A stretch of 64,000 nucleotides of DNA from an uncultured Pseudomonadota bacterium (lineage in GTDB: Bacteria > Oederibacteriota > Muellerivitia > Muellerivitales > Muellerivitaceae). A program made the position numbers and the translations under genes. The stretch covers positions 608,001-672,000 of the forward strand of contig CAWIIP010000004.1 in NCBI GenBank assembly GCA_963836235.1. Direction: 5' to 3'. Positions within the stretch are counted from its first letter, which is position 1, and every line of letters begins with the position of its first letter. Below are positions 62,061-64,000 of this stretch, piece after piece. Below the pieces are notes generated by a model. It had not been told where the DNA came from. It saw only the letters and a list, made by a program, of their open reading frames with translations, and did no database searches.

Positions 62061-63880
62061 AGATTCGTTTTTGTTTTTTCCTTTCCTTTTTTGGCTTCCT
62101 GGCCCCCATTTGGGGTCAATCGTCTTTGACCTCGGGAGCGGATTTCCTGCTCATGACTACCGGCGCAAGGCCGGATGCCATGGGACAGGCTTTTAGCGCC
62201 GTTGCGGATGACATCAACACGCTCTCATTCAATCCGGCGGGGTTGGCCAACATCCGTTTGCCGGAAATCGGCTATGGACATGAGTCGTTTTTAGCCGATA
62301 TTGGCTACGATTTTCTGGGGGCCGCTATTCCGACCGGAAATTTGGGTGTTTTAGGACTAGGATATTTGGCGATGGGGACGGCACCGTTCAACAGCACCAG
62401 CAATCCCGAGGCTCCATCGGTTTCGGTGCAGGATACGGCCTTGATTGGGGCATGGGGAAAATCTTTTTCAGACCTCCATTTGGGCGCGGCGGTTAAATAT
62501 ATCAATGAGAAGGTAGCCACCCTTCAAGGAACTGGTTTTGCTTTTGACTTCGGCGCCCGTTACCGACTCCTTCCTCAGTTTACCCTGGCGGGAAGTGTCT
62601 TAAACATCGGTCCTGGGATTAAGTTTGCCAGTGTTGAACCACTGCCCTTAGTAGTGAACGGCGGCCTGGCTTGGACCGCCCTGCAAAATTCCACCCACAG
62701 CCTTACCCTGGCAACGGACACTTCCCACGTAGCCACGGAAGGTATCCAACGGTATAGTTTTGGAGCCGAGTATTGGTACAAAAATATGTTTGCCATTCGG
62801 GCCGGTTACCTGACTAATTCCCAGGTTGAAGGCTTTTCCGCGGGAGCTGGCGTAAGGTTCTCATTCTTCCAGCTTGATTACGCTTTTGAACCCTACAACA
62901 ATCTTGGGTCGGTTCAACGCCTCTCTGGCCTCTTCCAATGGGATGGGCCCTGGGTTTCAGGAGGGGAGCCGAACGCCCCCAAATATGTGACCGTCCACCA
63001 AACTTACGAGGCATTGGAAATCCGTTGGGATAAGGCCCAGGGGCCGGTCCAATCTTATGAGGTTCTGATCCAGCCGCTGGATGGAGGGGATTTGATTGTT
63101 TCGCCCTCAGTCTCAAATCCCGCTTTTGATTTCAAGGACTACTCCCCGAATATTCTTTACCGTATCTCCGTGCGGTCCATAGGAATTGGAGGTGGCCGCA
63201 GCTTTCCTTCCCGAGAAGTATTGATTCGGACTGGAAGTAAAGAGGCCGTCCTTAAGACCCAGTATCAGGCTGAAGTTGGAAACAAGGTTAAGGAATCAGC
63301 GGCCAAAGGGCTTTATGGAAATGTCGATTCAATCGGGTTAAGGCTTACTTGGGATTCCTCGAAAGAGGGAGGGGTCATCGGCTATAACATTTATCGTCAG
63401 TCGCCCTCGGGCCAAGTGGAAAAGGTGAGTTTGGCCCCAAAACAAGGAAATAAAGTTTGGCTAACGGGAACCGCTGAATTCGCGGGTTGGGAATGGATCG
63501 TTACCGCCGTTCACAAGAGTGGAAACGAGAAAACGCTTGGAACTTTTCTTTGGTACCCCACTCCGGATGAAATCGAAAAACTTTCGGTAACTTCTTCTCG
63601 TCATTTGAGGGCTAGCCCCCAACCCGATCGGCAGGTTTTCCTGGTTTGGGACGGTGATCCGGATGCCGCCCAATATACCCTTCTTTACAGTTTGGCGGCG
63701 GATGGGGTTTATGAAGTTTATAAGGAAATGGAAAAAACAGAAACGAATGCCCTCTTAGATATACCGGGCAATAAAGACGTCTATTACTTTATTGTGGTTC
63801 CGAAGAAGTCCAATGGTGATTGGTCTGGTTCAACTCAGGAAGCCAAAGTGACATTATACAAGGACGCCCCTGCGGAATAA
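62057..63880 (+). CDS. PorV/PorQ-family outer-membrane barrel fused to fibronectin type III-like domains
   Basis: GADFL...GAR..AMG.AF.AVADD...FNPAGL, AIRAGY and LDYAF. FN3-like motifs follow (LTWD....GYNIYR). ATGA overlap with the upstream gene. Confidence 0.85.
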   Translation: MKIRFCFFLSFFGFLAPIWGQSSLTSGADFLLMTTGARPDAMGQAFSAVADDINTLSFNPAGLANIRLPEIGYGHESFLADIGYDFLGAAIPTGNLGVLGLGYLAMGTAPFNSTSNPEAPSVSVQDTALIGAWGKSFSDLHLGAAVKYINEKVATLQGTGFAFDFGARYRLLPQFTLAGSVLNIGPGIKFASVEPLPLVVNGGLAWTALQNSTHSLTLATDTSHVATEGIQRYSFGAEYWYKNMFAIRAGYLTNSQVEGFSAGAGVRFSFFQLDYAFEPYNNLGSVQRLSGLFQWDGPWVSGGEPNAPKYVTVHQTYEALEIRWDKAQGPVQSYEVLIQPLDGGDLIVSPSVSNPAFDFKDYSPNILYRISVRSIGIGGGRSFPSREVLIRTGSKEAVLKTQYQAEVGNKVKESAAKGLYGNVDSIGLRLTWDSSKEGGVIGYNIYRQSPSGQVEKVSLAPKQGNKVWLTGTAEFAGWEWIVTAVHKSGNEKTLGTFLWYPTPDEIEKLSVTSSRHLRASPQPDRQVFLVWDGDPDAAQYTLLYSLAADGVYEVYKEMEKTETNALLDIPGNKDVYYFIVVPKKSNGDWSGSTQEAKVTLYKDAPAE

Positions 63881-64000
63881 TTTTGACAGGGGAGAAGCGT
63901 AAGTCCCCCAAAGTATGTTTTTATTTTCGACTCTCTCTAAGCACTGCATGGTACCTAAAGGCTAAAAGGCCATTCTCTTTCTAATGATTATGAGGATATG

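Overview
This window comes from a diderm bacterium. The TPT-rich secreted proteins, T9SS-like C-terminal domains and PorV-like barrel suggest an uncultured lineage such as FCPU426/Goldbacteria, but that assignment is inference only. The first 20 kb holds a complete IS1380 element, a ~2,390-aa glycine-rich (PE_PGRS-like) autotransporter broken by three homopolymer frameshifts, damaged CoA-binding and macro-domain genes, a divergent cupredoxin/porin/adenylate-cyclase module, an M16 peptidase pair and tRNA-Glu(CTC). After the tRNA lies a more AT-rich ~44-kb cell-surface region. It encodes two PilZ proteins, three GH74-like beta-propeller proteins, three Thr-rich LRR lipoproteins and a Wzx/Wzy polysaccharide locus with a HAD/PRT ribofuranosyltransferase-like gene and a pyruvyltransferase. 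It also encodes an ACP + stand-alone Cys-type adenylation domain + SagB-type oxidase + acyltransferase cassette, and a mucin-like CTD protein coupled to a PorV/PorQ-FN3 protein. The most striking observations are: an apparently identical 2,061-bp in-frame direct repeat (22518-24578 = 52675-54735) bracketing the LRR + EPS block; the dissociated Cys-A/ACP/oxidase cassette beside a glycan locus; a T9SS-like cargo/PorV pairing; several apparent pseudo-enzymes; and a perfect 27-bp hairpin inside a CDS.
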